Shown one piece after another: positions 8,230-17,311 of a stretch of 32,000 bases of DNA (its first letter is position 1; every line of letters begins with the position of its first letter). The DNA is from Haloferax volcanii DS2. GTDB taxonomy: Archaea; Halobacteriota; Halobacteria; Halobacteriales; Haloferacaceae. The notes beneath the pieces are model-generated. The model saw nothing but the letters and a program-made list of their open reading frames with translations, did not search any database and had not been told where the DNA came from. The position numbers were made by a program, and so were the translations under genes. The stretch spans positions 1,290,001-1,322,000 of the forward strand of contig NC_013967.1 of assembly GCF_000025685.1 (NCBI RefSeq). The letters run 5' to 3'.

Positions 8230-9027
8230 CTACTCGTCCTCAGCAAACTCCAGATTCGAGTGCTTGTATGTGTAGAGCCGGATGTTCTGATCGTAGCAGT
8301 ACGAGGCATACAGCGCCGGGTGAATCGTTTCCCAGTTCCCCGGACCTTCGTCGAGGCTGGACGGGAACGCAACGCTGACCGCTTCGCCTTCCATCTCCAC
8401 ACCGTACGCGCCGGTGTTCTGTTCCGGTGGCAGCACCTCTACGACGATTGCAACTGACGCATCTTTGTCGCCCTTCTTTTTCACGCGGTCGCCGGGCGAG
8501 AACGGATTCTCCGGCTTCTGGTTCATGTACGCCGTGTTCGGTCCGAGGTCGATGAGTTCGTTCATCGGCCGGGCCGCGAGGTGATCCAGTTTCTCGGGTG
8601 CCTCGCCGGAATACTTCTCTTGCGAGGCCGCTTTCGATTTCAGCGTCTCGGTGCGCTCCCAGCCGAGCAGGATGAGACTGTCTTCGTTGTCCCGATGCCA
8701 GACCATCACGATGATGTCATCGTCCGGGTCGTTGTCGAGGAGGGTTTCGGGAAGGAACGCGGATACGTCGCGAGAGGTCTTCACGTCGACCTCGTAGCCG
8801 AACACTTCGAAGTCGTACGACGAGAAACTTTCAGGGTTGCATCGCCGCATCGCTTCTTCGTTCTTCCACTCCCAGAGTTCGACTGGGAGGTATTCGCGGC
8901 AGAACTGTTCGAACGCGAGTTCTCCAAGGTTCCCGATTCGCTTTACGTCGAGGTTCTTTCGGTCTTGGACCTTCGCCTGGTGGTTGGCGCGTTCGTAGTC
9001 GATTTCGTCCGGGGTATAGCGGTACAC
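8230..9027 (-). CDS. PD-(D/E)xK-like nuclease domain protein with a C-terminal beta-rich (SH3/KOW-like?) extension
   Basis: 265-aa ORF. The N-terminal half has GNLGELAFEQFCREYL ... SYDFEVFGYEVDVKTSRD, a D...(D/E)xK arrangement typical of the restriction-endonuclease fold. The C-terminal half reads FSPGDRVKKKGDKDASVAIVVEVL...GAYGVEMEGEAVSVAF. Confidence 0.6.
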   Translation of the reverse strand: MYRYTPDEIDYERANHQAKVQDRKNLDVKRIGNLGELAFEQFCREYLPVELWEWKNEEAMRRCNPESFSSYDFEVFGYEVDVKTSRDVSAFLPETLLDNDPDDDIIVMVWHRDNEDSLILLGWERTETLKSKAASQEKYSGEAPEKLDHLAARPMNELIDLGPNTAYMNQKPENPFSPGDRVKKKGDKDASVAIVVEVLPPEQNTGAYGVEMEGEAVSVAFPSSLDEGPGNWETIHPALYASYCYDQNIRLYTYKHSNLEFAEDE

Positions 9028-9119
9028 TATCTACGAGAGGACATGGTATGGAATTGAATCTTTCTCGAAGTATTAATATCACAGTCTTTGTTGATATTTA
9101 CAAGTGATTTTAATAGGTA
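9028..9119. promoter_or_regulatory. AT-rich divergent promoter region between the nuclease-like gene (-) and the zinc-finger ORF (+)
   Basis: The 92-nt spacer is very AT-rich (…TATTAATATCACAGTCTTTGTTGATATTTACAAGTGATTTTAATAGGTATTG…) with several TATA-like elements on both strands. Confidence 0.35.
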
Positions 9120-9308
9120 TTGTTGAGAAGGATACATATGGCAGGTGACTACTGGTGTGAGGAGTGCCAGAGATGGATTGATAGTGGTGAAGTTACTGAA
9201 ACCTCTGAAGAAACAAAGCCAGGAGCCCCAATGAGGACGAAGTATGAACACAATCTATGTGGGATGGAGGTTCAAAAAGCACAAACGGAGGACGAAGGCC
9301 CGCGATAA
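9120..9308 (+). CDS. Small zinc-finger/zinc-ribbon protein
   Basis: 62-aa ORF (alternative start Met at 9138). It has CxxC (YWCEECQRW) plus a distal H..C (YEHNLCG). Its stop codon abuts the NTPase stop codon tail-to-tail (9306-9308 / 9309-9311). Confidence 0.4.
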   Translation: MLRRIHMAGDYWCEECQRWIDSGEVTETSEETKPGAPMRTKYEHNLCGMEVQKAQTEDEGPR

Positions 9309-10286
9309 TCAATTACTATTTTGCAATATTTTGTGAAACTCGCTCCAGTTCTCGAACTGCTCCTGAAACAGGTCGCTCGGCAGGTTCCACGCCCACGGCG
9401 CGGCGTCGTCCGGGTCGTACGTCTCCAGCGTCGGTTCGAGGTTCACGAGCGAGCCGCCGAACAGCTCACCATCAGGCGAGTCTGAATCGGCGTCCCAGTC
9501 GCGGTAGAACGTCACTTCGTCCTGCGCCTCTTTGTAGAACGACAGCGTCGAGAGCCGTTTCTGTTCGGGATGCACGTCCTTCCCGGTGTGGCTCACCACG
9601 CCGACGGACTCGACGCCGAGCTTCGAGAACCGCTTAATCGCGGGCGTCCACTGGGACGCCACTTCGCGGCTGAACGTCCGGGCGTCGAAGTGCGTCGAAC
9701 CTTCGTCGATAGTGACGGTCTTCGGCCGCTCGCGGTGGGTCAGCAGTACGTCCATGAGGTCGTACATCGACCGCACCACGATGTCCGCGCCGTCCCACGT
9801 CCCCACGTTCGAGATGACCAGCAGGTCATCACCGAAGTGCGCCCGCGCGAGGTCGCCGTTCAAGAGGAACATCGTGTTCGTCTTCCCCGTGTTCGGGTTC
9901 CCCGCGCCGGTGATGGTCGTGAGACCACCGCCGTTTTCGAGCTCGTCGACGAGCCGAAGCGGCAGTGTCAGCGAACTGGCGTCGAGGTCCTGTTGAGTCA
10001 CGCCGACGAGGTACGAAAGCGCGGTCGCGTGCGACGACTGCACCGCGCGGGTCGCGGCTTGGGTCCGCAGCGACGAATCGACGAGGCGACCGAGCGAGGT
10101 CTCGGCGAACGAGTCGGCCAGCTCGTCGTCCTCGGTGAGGTCGAGCGAGTTCAGGAACGACAGGTTCGCGTGGTCGCCCTTCGAGACCGGCAGTCCCGCG
10201 TGGTCGAGCAGCCGGTGGTCGCCGTCGATGCGCCCGCGTACTTGTTCGTACAACTTCGCCGCCGTCAGCAGCCGTTCGTCGGTCAC
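9309..10286 (-). CDS. Pleolipovirus-type P-loop NTPase (HRPV-1 VP8/ORF8-like)
   Basis: 325-aa ORF with a GTG start. Walker A is GAGNPNTGKT and Walker B-like is KTVTIDEGS. It occupies the last position of the structural operon, as in pleolipoviruses. Confidence 0.85.
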   Translation of the reverse strand: MTDERLLTAAKLYEQVRGRIDGDHRLLDHAGLPVSKGDHANLSFLNSLDLTEDDELADSFAETSLGRLVDSSLRTQAATRAVQSSHATALSYLVGVTQQDLDASSLTLPLRLVDELENGGGLTTITGAGNPNTGKTNTMFLLNGDLARAHFGDDLLVISNVGTWDGADIVVRSMYDLMDVLLTHRERPKTVTIDEGSTHFDARTFSREVASQWTPAIKRFSKLGVESVGVVSHTGKDVHPEQKRLSTLSFYKEAQDEVTFYRDWDADSDSPDGELFGGSLVNLEPTLETYDPDDAAPWAWNLPSDLFQEQFENWSEFHKILQNSN

Positions 10287-10411
10287 AGCCGGTCACCCAC
10301 CTGAATGTCGTGGAGGCAACGCCGGCAGAGGTGTCCCTTCGCCGTGGGGTTTCGGGGAGTCATCGACCATCCGCAGTACATGCACTTCGCGGAAGTGTCC
10401 GAGTCGGTCAC
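10283..10411 (-). CDS. Small zinc-ribbon protein (42 aa), absent from the supplied ORF track
   Basis: My translation is (V/M)TDSDTSAKCMYCGWSMTPRNPTAKGHLCRRCLHDIQVGDRL, with CxxC...CxxC. Its GTG start (10411-10409) overlaps the upstream TGA (10410-10408). Its TGA (10285-10283) overlaps the NTPase GTG start (10286-10284). Confidence 0.45.
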   Translation of the reverse strand: MTDSDTSAKCMYCGWSMTPRNPTAKGHLCRRCLHDIQVGDRL

Positions 10412-10797
10412 GCGGATTCACCTCCGTCGAGGGGATGCGGGCCGAACTCGCTGGTCGAACTGCCGTCGAGGTCGTGAGCGGAGTCGCGCCCATCTCCGTC
10501 ACCGTCGGAGCGGTCAGGCATGAGCTCGTCCGCGTCGTCCGTCCCGTCGTCCCGCGCGTGGTTCCGCACGAGGTACGCCGTCGCCAGTGGCAGGGCCGCC
10601 GATACGAACAGGTGTGTGTTCGTCACCGGGTAGTACGACGCAGACACCGCGCCGTCGTCGAGGAAGCGCATCGGCACGTCGAGCGCCCGCGGCGGTATCA
10701 TCAGGATACCGAACCACAGGCCAGCGACGATGCCAACCGACAGCGAGAGGGCGATGATGTACTGTTCGCGCGTCGAAAGTTCGAGTTCGAGTTTCAT
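10408..10797 (-). CDS. Provirus membrane protein (two predicted TM helices, acidic tail)
   Basis: 129-aa ORF with hydrophobic segments YIIALSLSVGIVAGLWFGILMI and LFVSAALPLATAYLV. Its start forms an ATGA overlap with the upstream gene. Confidence 0.6.
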   Translation of the reverse strand: MKLELELSTREQYIIALSLSVGIVAGLWFGILMIPPRALDVPMRFLDDGAVSASYYPVTNTHLFVSAALPLATAYLVRNHARDDGTDDADELMPDRSDGDGDGRDSAHDLDGSSTSEFGPHPLDGGESA

Positions 10798-11657
10798 TCT
10801 GATTCACCGTTGGCCGCGTGTTGCTTCCGCCGCTGGTCGAGGTCGGCCAGCGGGTCCGGTGCCGGGTCGCCGTCACCTGGTGCCCACTCGGTCGGGTCCT
10901 CGTCGAAGATGGAATCCGAGCCGTCCAGGTCGAAGTCTTCGAGCACGCTATCAATCTCTGCGTGCAGCGCGTCGCCGTCGTCCGGCAGCGCGCCTTTCTC
11001 GAACGTCCGCACGACGTGTTTCACGGTCTTGACCGCCGCCGCCCGGACGATAGCGAAGGAGTTGATTTCGAGCGATTCGCCTTTCCGGGCCTTCGGTTCC
11101 AACTGCTTGCGGTTGTACCGGAGGTATTCGAGCGCCCGCGCCAGCACCGGGTCCGGCAGCGAGCCGACCCACGTCCCGGCGACTTCCCGCGCGTCGAGGT
11201 CGACGCCACGGCCGAACGCGAGGTTCGGCGTCGCCCACCACAGTTGGCCGTCGACGACTGTCCACTCGGACCACCGCGGCGTCGGGCAGGTGTAGACACC
11301 CGCGCCGTCGCGGTCGAGCAGGTCGACGTCGACGAGCCACATCATCTGCGGGCCGCCCATCAGGTCGACGGCCTGCCCGCCGACCCAGCGCCCGGCGATG
11401 ACCGCCGAGAGGCCAGCCGTCAGGCCGATGATTTGGAGCGAGCGAGGTACGCGCACGTCGAAGACGAGCACGAGGCCGACGAGCAACAGCGAGCCAGCGA
11501 CAGCGAGGTGAACGCCGTATCGCATCACCCACACGAACGCTGTCACGAGTCGTCCCGCATCGCGGTCCGGCGCGACCGTCGTCGAGGCCGCGCCCATCTC
11601 TGGTTCGTCGGGAGTTTCCCGCTGAGCCTCAGCTGAGCTTTCGGCGTCGTCGCTCAT
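10794..11657 (-). CDS. Provirus conserved membrane-associated protein (pleolipovirus ORF7 position)
   Basis: 287-aa ORF. Two N-terminal TM segments (LVTAFVWVMRYGVHLAVAGSLLLVGLVLVF, IIGLTAGLSAVIAG) precede a soluble domain. ATGA overlaps occur at both ends. Confidence 0.65.
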   Translation of the reverse strand: MSDDAESSAEAQRETPDEPEMGAASTTVAPDRDAGRLVTAFVWVMRYGVHLAVAGSLLLVGLVLVFDVRVPRSLQIIGLTAGLSAVIAGRWVGGQAVDLMGGPQMMWLVDVDLLDRDGAGVYTCPTPRWSEWTVVDGQLWWATPNLAFGRGVDLDAREVAGTWVGSLPDPVLARALEYLRYNRKQLEPKARKGESLEINSFAIVRAAAVKTVKHVVRTFEKGALPDDGDALHAEIDSVLEDFDLDGSDSIFDEDPTEWAPGDGDPAPDPLADLDQRRKQHAANGESE

Positions 11658-12247
11658 GCGACACGCTCCATGTCACGGTGAAGGCCGAAGCGCCGCCGGA
11701 CGATTATCAGGAGCGCACCGAACGACGTGCCGAGCGCGCCGCCGATAGCCGCGTCTCGCACGTCCGTTCCAGTGAACGGACCGGCGATAAGCGCCGAACC
11801 GCCGTCGTCAAACCGGATTTCGGTATATCGGCCGTTCTCGACGGAGTACGACGTGACGAGAGTCACCCGCGGTTCCGGGGAGTCGATTCGAATCGTCGTC
11901 CGTCCTGGCGGAATCGGTCTGCGAACCAGATTCCCAGCCGCGGCACCGGTCGAGGTCGAGCCGGTCGGCGCGGTCACGGTGACCGTCCGCGGCAGGTCCG
12001 ATTCGAGTACGAGCACGGCGGTCCCGTCGACGTACTCGGCGGAGACGATTCGCACCGCGCGGTCGCCGGCCACGTCGCCGTAGTACGTCGTCTCGTTCGA
12101 CGACTCCGAAGCCGTGGTCGGAGCCGCGGCTGTCGTCGTCTCTGTCGGAGCAGACGCGGTCGCGGTCTCTTGGGCGGCGACTGTGCCAGAGGCAGCGAGC
12201 AGCAGAGCGATACAACTGACGAGTATGATAGTGTGTATTCGAGTCAT
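11654..12247 (-). CDS. Provirus secreted/anchored protein (signal peptide plus C-terminal TM anchor)
   Basis: I prefer the ATG at 12247 (MTRIHTIILVSCIALLLAASGTVAAQE, signal-peptide-like) over the 12391 start given in the track. The protein has a T/A-rich linker and a C-terminal anchor AAIGGALGTSFGALLIIVRRRF. Confidence 0.6.
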   Translation of the reverse strand: MTRIHTIILVSCIALLLAASGTVAAQETATASAPTETTTAAAPTTASESSNETTYYGDVAGDRAVRIVSAEYVDGTAVLVLESDLPRTVTVTAPTGSTSTGAAAGNLVRRPIPPGRTTIRIDSPEPRVTLVTSYSVENGRYTEIRFDDGGSALIAGPFTGTDVRDAAIGGALGTSFGALLIIVRRRFGLHRDMERVA

Positions 12248-12281
12248 ACGGGTAGGGGTAGGGAAGGGAGGTTGGCGAGCG

Positions 12282-12455
12282 TTACAGCAGCGACCCGAAC
12301 CAGTCGCCCGACCAGTCGGGCACGCCGAGCAGGTCGAGCAGCAGGTCCGAACCCATCCCGACGAGGTCGATGCCCGCGAGTTGCAGAGCACCAGCGAGCA
12401 CGACCGCGCCGGCGATGGTCCCGATGGGCAGCTGCTTCAAGAACCAGAGGAGCAT
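12282..12455 (-). CDS. Small provirus membrane protein (57 aa)
   Basis: The ATG at 12455 lies 1 nt after the spike stop codon (12457-12459). The sequence is MLLWFLKQLPIGTIAGAVVLAGALQLAGIDLVGM... The upstream extension in the track overlaps the spike gene and is not protein-like. Confidence 0.5.
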   Translation of the reverse strand: MLLWFLKQLPIGTIAGAVVLAGALQLAGIDLVGMGSDLLLDLLGVPDWSGDWFGSLL

Positions 12456-12456
12456 C

Positions 12457-13970
12457 CTACTCGTTGCCCTCCCGCTGGATGAGTAGCACCGCAGCAGCGC
12501 CAACCAGCAGCGCGATACCGAGCGCCTGCGAGTCGAGGCCACCGGAGCCACCGGAGCCGCCACTTGACTGCTCCCGCTCCTCGATGTCTTGGCGAAGGGA
12601 TTCGAGTTCGTTCGTCATGTTGACGAACTCACTCGTGTTCGTCGTTTTGTACACGTACTGCGTCGTGTTCTGCGACTGCACCGAAGACCCGTCGCGAGCA
12701 GTTATCTCGGTGATGGTGAAGGTACCGTCGAGGTCGACCTTCTCGCCGGTCGCGGTGGCGATGAACACCGGGCCGTCGATGGCCGAGGCGTTGTAGGTCG
12801 TGTTCGCGGACCACGACCCGTTAGGCGCGGAGCGAGCCAGCACGAGACCCTGATAGGTAACGTTCGCCGTCCCCGATTGGTCGGTGACGTTCATCAGCCC
12901 GGACGACTGCATGTCCGGCACATCGAAGCCCATCAGAGCGAGCGCCGCCGTCGAGTCGTACAGCGAGGTCGAGTCGGAACCCGACTGGGTACCGTATTCG
13001 AACATCGCCGTGTTCGCGCTAATCACGTCGGACGAGTTGATGTTTCCAGCCGCGAAGTCGTCGTAGGTCGCATTCACGAAGTTCGACGCCTCCGCTTGGA
13101 GGTCGTCGTTCTTCGTCTCGTAACGCGCCCAGCGGTCAGCGAACGACTGGTGTTCGATGAAGGTCATCGAATCGTAGTTGCTGTTCGGCGCGGCGATTTC
13201 CCAGCCGCGGAAGCCCCAGCCGAAGTTCCCGTCTATCTGCAACCACTCGTGCCGGGCCGGAGTCACGTAGTACGTCTCGTACGTGTTGACGCTGTTGTAA
13301 CCGTCTCCGATAGTGTAGTTGTAGGCGAGCACGTCAGCAGACGAATCGTTGACGAGAGTCACAGACGATGTGTTCAGGCCTTCGTAGGTCTTCGAGACCG
13401 ACCAGCCACTCCCGCTATCGACTTGTGCGAAGTCGTCTTTCGTGACGAATGTCGAGTTGTTAATCGGCTCCGACTCGGAGCGTTCTTCGATACTCACCTC
13501 AGCGGCAGAGACGGTCGCATTCCACCGCGCAATGTCGTTCTTCTGCTTGACAGCGTAGTAGTCAGCAATCGCCCGTCTCGCGTCGATACGGGCCTGCTCT
13601 TTCGTCTTGCCGTCCTCGTACGCTTCAGCGACAGCTACCTGCGCTTTCATCCACGCGACCGACTCGGTGTCGTTCAGGTAGTTGTCCATCGCCGTGTTGT
13701 ACGAGTCGAGCGAGGTCTTCTCAGCCGACGCCGCAGAATACAGTTCGACTTTATCCTGCGTCCCGTCGAGGTCGAGCGTCGAGTCGGTCGGGTTGAACCG
13801 ACACTCGTCGCCGTTCGGGTTAATCAGACTGTTGATGAACGCCGATATCGCGGAATCGGAGACATCGCAGTCTTGGAACCCGAGCGTCGCGGACACTGGA
13901 CCCGAAGCACCTGCTGTCACGAGCAAGACAGCAAACAGGACAGCGAGCCCGCGTCGAGCGAACTCGCGCA

Positions 13971-13971
<1 letters not shown>
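12457..13971 (-). CDS. Pleolipovirus VP4-like spike/fusion glycoprotein
   Basis: The start is taken at ATG 13971, giving the signal peptide MREFARRGLAVLFAVLLVTAGASGPVSA. The large ectodomain has many N-x-S/T sequons. The C-terminus has a heptad-like LESLRQDIEEREQ, a GGS linker and the TM anchor ALGIALLVGAAAVLLI. It sits after the VP3-like gene. Confidence 0.8.
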
Positions 13972-14858
<887 letters not shown>

Positions 14859-14879
14859 TACAGCTAGAACATGTTGATA

Positions 14880-14900
14880 GTAGGTACTAGCCGTACCTAC
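14880..14900. promoter_or_regulatory. Hairpin in the Rep / structural-module intergenic spacer
   Basis: GTAGGTAC-tagcc-GTACCTAC forms an 8-bp perfect stem within the 86-nt spacer between the Rep stop (14945) and the next ATG (14858). It could be a terminator or operator. Confidence 0.25.
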
Positions 14901-14944
14901 CAGCCGTATGAAAGTGGAATCACCAGGCAGGGTAGGTTCCTACG

Positions 14945-16849
14945 TCATCCCCACACGTCAGCGACCGGTGGGGGTTTCTCGCCGCCGACATCGGGGTATT
15001 CCGGCTGTCCTCCCGAAGCAACGTAATCTTCGACGTGTTCGAGATTCGTAGCCGTCGCGTCGGCTGTCGGCATGTCCCAGTAGGCGTAGCAGCCCAGGTA
15101 GTCGATGTGGCAGTAGAAGTCGGCACTCTCTGGGAGCGTCGATTCTACGCCTGGAGTCACAACGTCATCGAGGGCGAGTTCTTCGACCGTTGCGCCATCG
15201 CACGCGAGCTGGAGAGAGTCGATAGAGAGCTCTCGAACGGCGTGCCGAACGTCCGGGTCTTGCAGGTGTTCGGGTCTCTCTATCGCTTTCTCGATATCTC
15301 GCGAGATGGACCAGAATCGCCTGCCAGTCGCCCAGTAGAGGCCGAGTTTCCACGTCGCCGCCTTGTCAGCGTACGAATCCGACTCTTTCGCGTCCTCGAA
15401 CGACTCGGAGGCTTCGAGCAGGGAGCCGAAGGTGGCCGAGAGGTACTTTCCGAGGTACGCGCCAGCCGTCCGGCTTTGCATCTGTTCGTCGCCGTCCTCG
15501 CCGCTCTCGTCGTCGTAGAACTCGATGAGGTCGTGAGACCTCGCGTTCTTCGCTATCCACTCGTCGCTGTGGTCGTGGTCGCCGTAGCGGTACCAGTCCA
15601 CAAATCCTTTCGAGACCGGAACTTCGAACTGGTCGCCGTCGTCGTCGACGAGCGTTTTCGTTCCGAAGTTCCCCACTTCGTCGAGGTCCTCCCGAAACAC
15701 GAGTGGATAGAGATCGACGATTTGACCCTGGCCGTAGTCCTTCCACTTCCGTTCCAGCTCCGCCTTGTCTATCAGGAACGGCATCCCGTCACTCTCGCGG
15801 GTCGGAACGTCGAACATCAGGACGTGCAGGTGCGCGTAGCCCTTCTCGGTGAACTCCAGAGCTTTCAGGTACGGCGGCCGGTAGCGAGGTCGCCCGGTCA
15901 CTTTGCCGTCGAGCGCCGGTGACCAACTGGGAACGCCGTCCCTCCTGGTGTCGTCTTTCGTCGACGGGTCCGAGTCGAAGTACGAGAGGAGCCGGTTGAA
16001 GTTCGGGTTTATCGACGAGATGCCGTCGTACAGCGAGCGCGGGTCGGGTCGAGTCGGGTCGTCGTACGTGCCGGGGTCCGTCGTCAGCGTCATCAAGACG
16101 GCGTTGTCGTACTTCTCGTACGCGTGTTCGAGCGCGCTGTTGTAGCGCGCCCACGTCTTTCGGAGCCGTCCCTGGGAGTTGAAGCGGGTATTGTACTGTT
16201 TCGTCATCCGGCGGGTGGTGTCGCCGCCGCGTCGCCCGCAGAAGTGGACGTCGAACAGCAGTTGGTAGTTCTCGATGCGCTTCAGGTACCGATGTAAAGA
16301 GTCTTCCAGCAGGTCCCGACCCCAGTCATCGACCTTATTCGCGGTTCTCAGGTAGTTCTCGCAGAAATGCCGGTCATACAGCAAGTCGTCGCGTTCCCTG
16401 GTTGTTTGAGTAATGCCTTCTGATATCAAGTCAAGTAGACGAATTGTCGGGGTGACCATCGTCATGCCGTCAGACTGGCGTTTTTCGATGAGCTGGGGGT
16501 CGTGCCCGTCGAGGTCGTTCAGGAACCGGTAGACGAACTGGTAGTCCGGGTCGCTCCCGTCGAACCGCTCGCACTGCCCGATGTACTGACCCTTGACGCA
16601 CTCGGAGACGAGCGTCGGCAGGTAAATCCCCTCTGGCGAGGTCGAGATGCGCTTTACCAGCCGTACGCGGTCCCGGTCGCGCCCGCGAAGTTCGAGGTCG
16701 TCGTCCGGGTCTGCCGGGTCGTACCCGTAGGCCAGCAGGCCGAGGTCGCCCAGGTAGTCCACGAGGTAGGTATCTTTACATCGGTCTGGGCGGAGCCGTG
16801 AGCCCCATACGTCAGCGATTTCGGACGATGAGCGTTTTCCGACGCTCAT
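14945..16849 (-). CDS. rep: HUH-superfamily rolling-circle replication initiation protein (Rep)
   Basis: 634-aa ORF with the three RCR motifs in the correct order. Motif I is VLMTLTT (about aa 251-257), motif II is YAHLHVLMF (HUH, about aa 339-346) and motif III is AGAYLGKYLS (YxxKY, about aa 465-470). Confidence 0.8.
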   Translation of the reverse strand: MSVGKRSSSEIADVWGSRLRPDRCKDTYLVDYLGDLGLLAYGYDPADPDDDLELRGRDRDRVRLVKRISTSPEGIYLPTLVSECVKGQYIGQCERFDGSDPDYQFVYRFLNDLDGHDPQLIEKRQSDGMTMVTPTIRLLDLISEGITQTTRERDDLLYDRHFCENYLRTANKVDDWGRDLLEDSLHRYLKRIENYQLLFDVHFCGRRGGDTTRRMTKQYNTRFNSQGRLRKTWARYNSALEHAYEKYDNAVLMTLTTDPGTYDDPTRPDPRSLYDGISSINPNFNRLLSYFDSDPSTKDDTRRDGVPSWSPALDGKVTGRPRYRPPYLKALEFTEKGYAHLHVLMFDVPTRESDGMPFLIDKAELERKWKDYGQGQIVDLYPLVFREDLDEVGNFGTKTLVDDDGDQFEVPVSKGFVDWYRYGDHDHSDEWIAKNARSHDLIEFYDDESGEDGDEQMQSRTAGAYLGKYLSATFGSLLEASESFEDAKESDSYADKAATWKLGLYWATGRRFWSISRDIEKAIERPEHLQDPDVRHAVRELSIDSLQLACDGATVEELALDDVVTPGVESTLPESADFYCHIDYLGCYAYWDMPTADATATNLEHVEDYVASGGQPEYPDVGGEKPPPVADVWG

Positions 16850-16915
16850 TCGTCTCTCCGAGAGACCGCACGCGCAGCTGGTGAGTCGTGAGCGCCGGGG
16901 GCGCGAGTGCCCGCG

Positions 16916-17311
16916 TTACTCACGGGAACCCCCGTCTGTGCGGATGAAATCGCTCAGACGGCACTGGGCCTTACCGCCACTCGTTTTCGGCCGACGGCCG
17001 TCGGCCTCATGCGGACCGGCTTCCGGGTCAGGGGCAAGCCCCTGCTTCCGGCCGCTCCGGGCGGACTGGGACCCGCCCTCCGCTGTTCCGGTCCTTGCGG
17101 TGGTTTCTGCGGCCAGTTGGTGTGCCCACAGGAGCGAGGTGAGTCGGTGGTCCCGAATCTCGTCCTCGATGGCGGGGATGCGCGCGCAGTCCTTGCACTC
17201 GCGCATCTTCGCGGCGCGCTCCGCGTGGTCGACGAGACACCACGCTTTGCAGCTGCCGCAGGCGTAGCGGACGTACCGCCATAGATGTCTCTCGCGACGA
17301 ACGTGAGACAT
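16916..17311 (-). CDS. Putative zinc-finger protein, first ORF of the provirus leftward transcription unit
   Basis: 131-aa ORF whose N-terminal 60 aa contain CGSC...C...CKDC (YACGSCKAWCLVDHAERAAKMRECKDCARIP). The C-terminal half is low-complexity and overlaps GC-rich palindromes, so the true extent is uncertain. Confidence 0.4.
   Translation of the reverse strand: MSHVRRERHLWRYVRYACGSCKAWCLVDHAERAAKMRECKDCARIPAIEDEIRDHRLTSLLWAHQLAAETTARTGTAEGGSQSARSGRKQGLAPDPEAGPHEADGRRPKTSGGKAQCRLSDFIRTDGGSRE

Noticed and set aside
8106-8402. 98-aa minus-strand ORF as a functional gene
   Set aside because: Only its last ~32 codons are protein-like, being the NTPase C-terminal remnant. The rest is Arg/Ser/Thr-rich sequence overlapping the 265-aa gene in another frame.
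10293-10502. 69-aa minus-strand ORF between the membrane protein and NTPase genes
   Set aside because: It overlaps the 129-aa gene and has no motifs. A different frame in the same interval gives a zinc-ribbon peptide with precise GTGA coupling at both ends, and I prefer that one.
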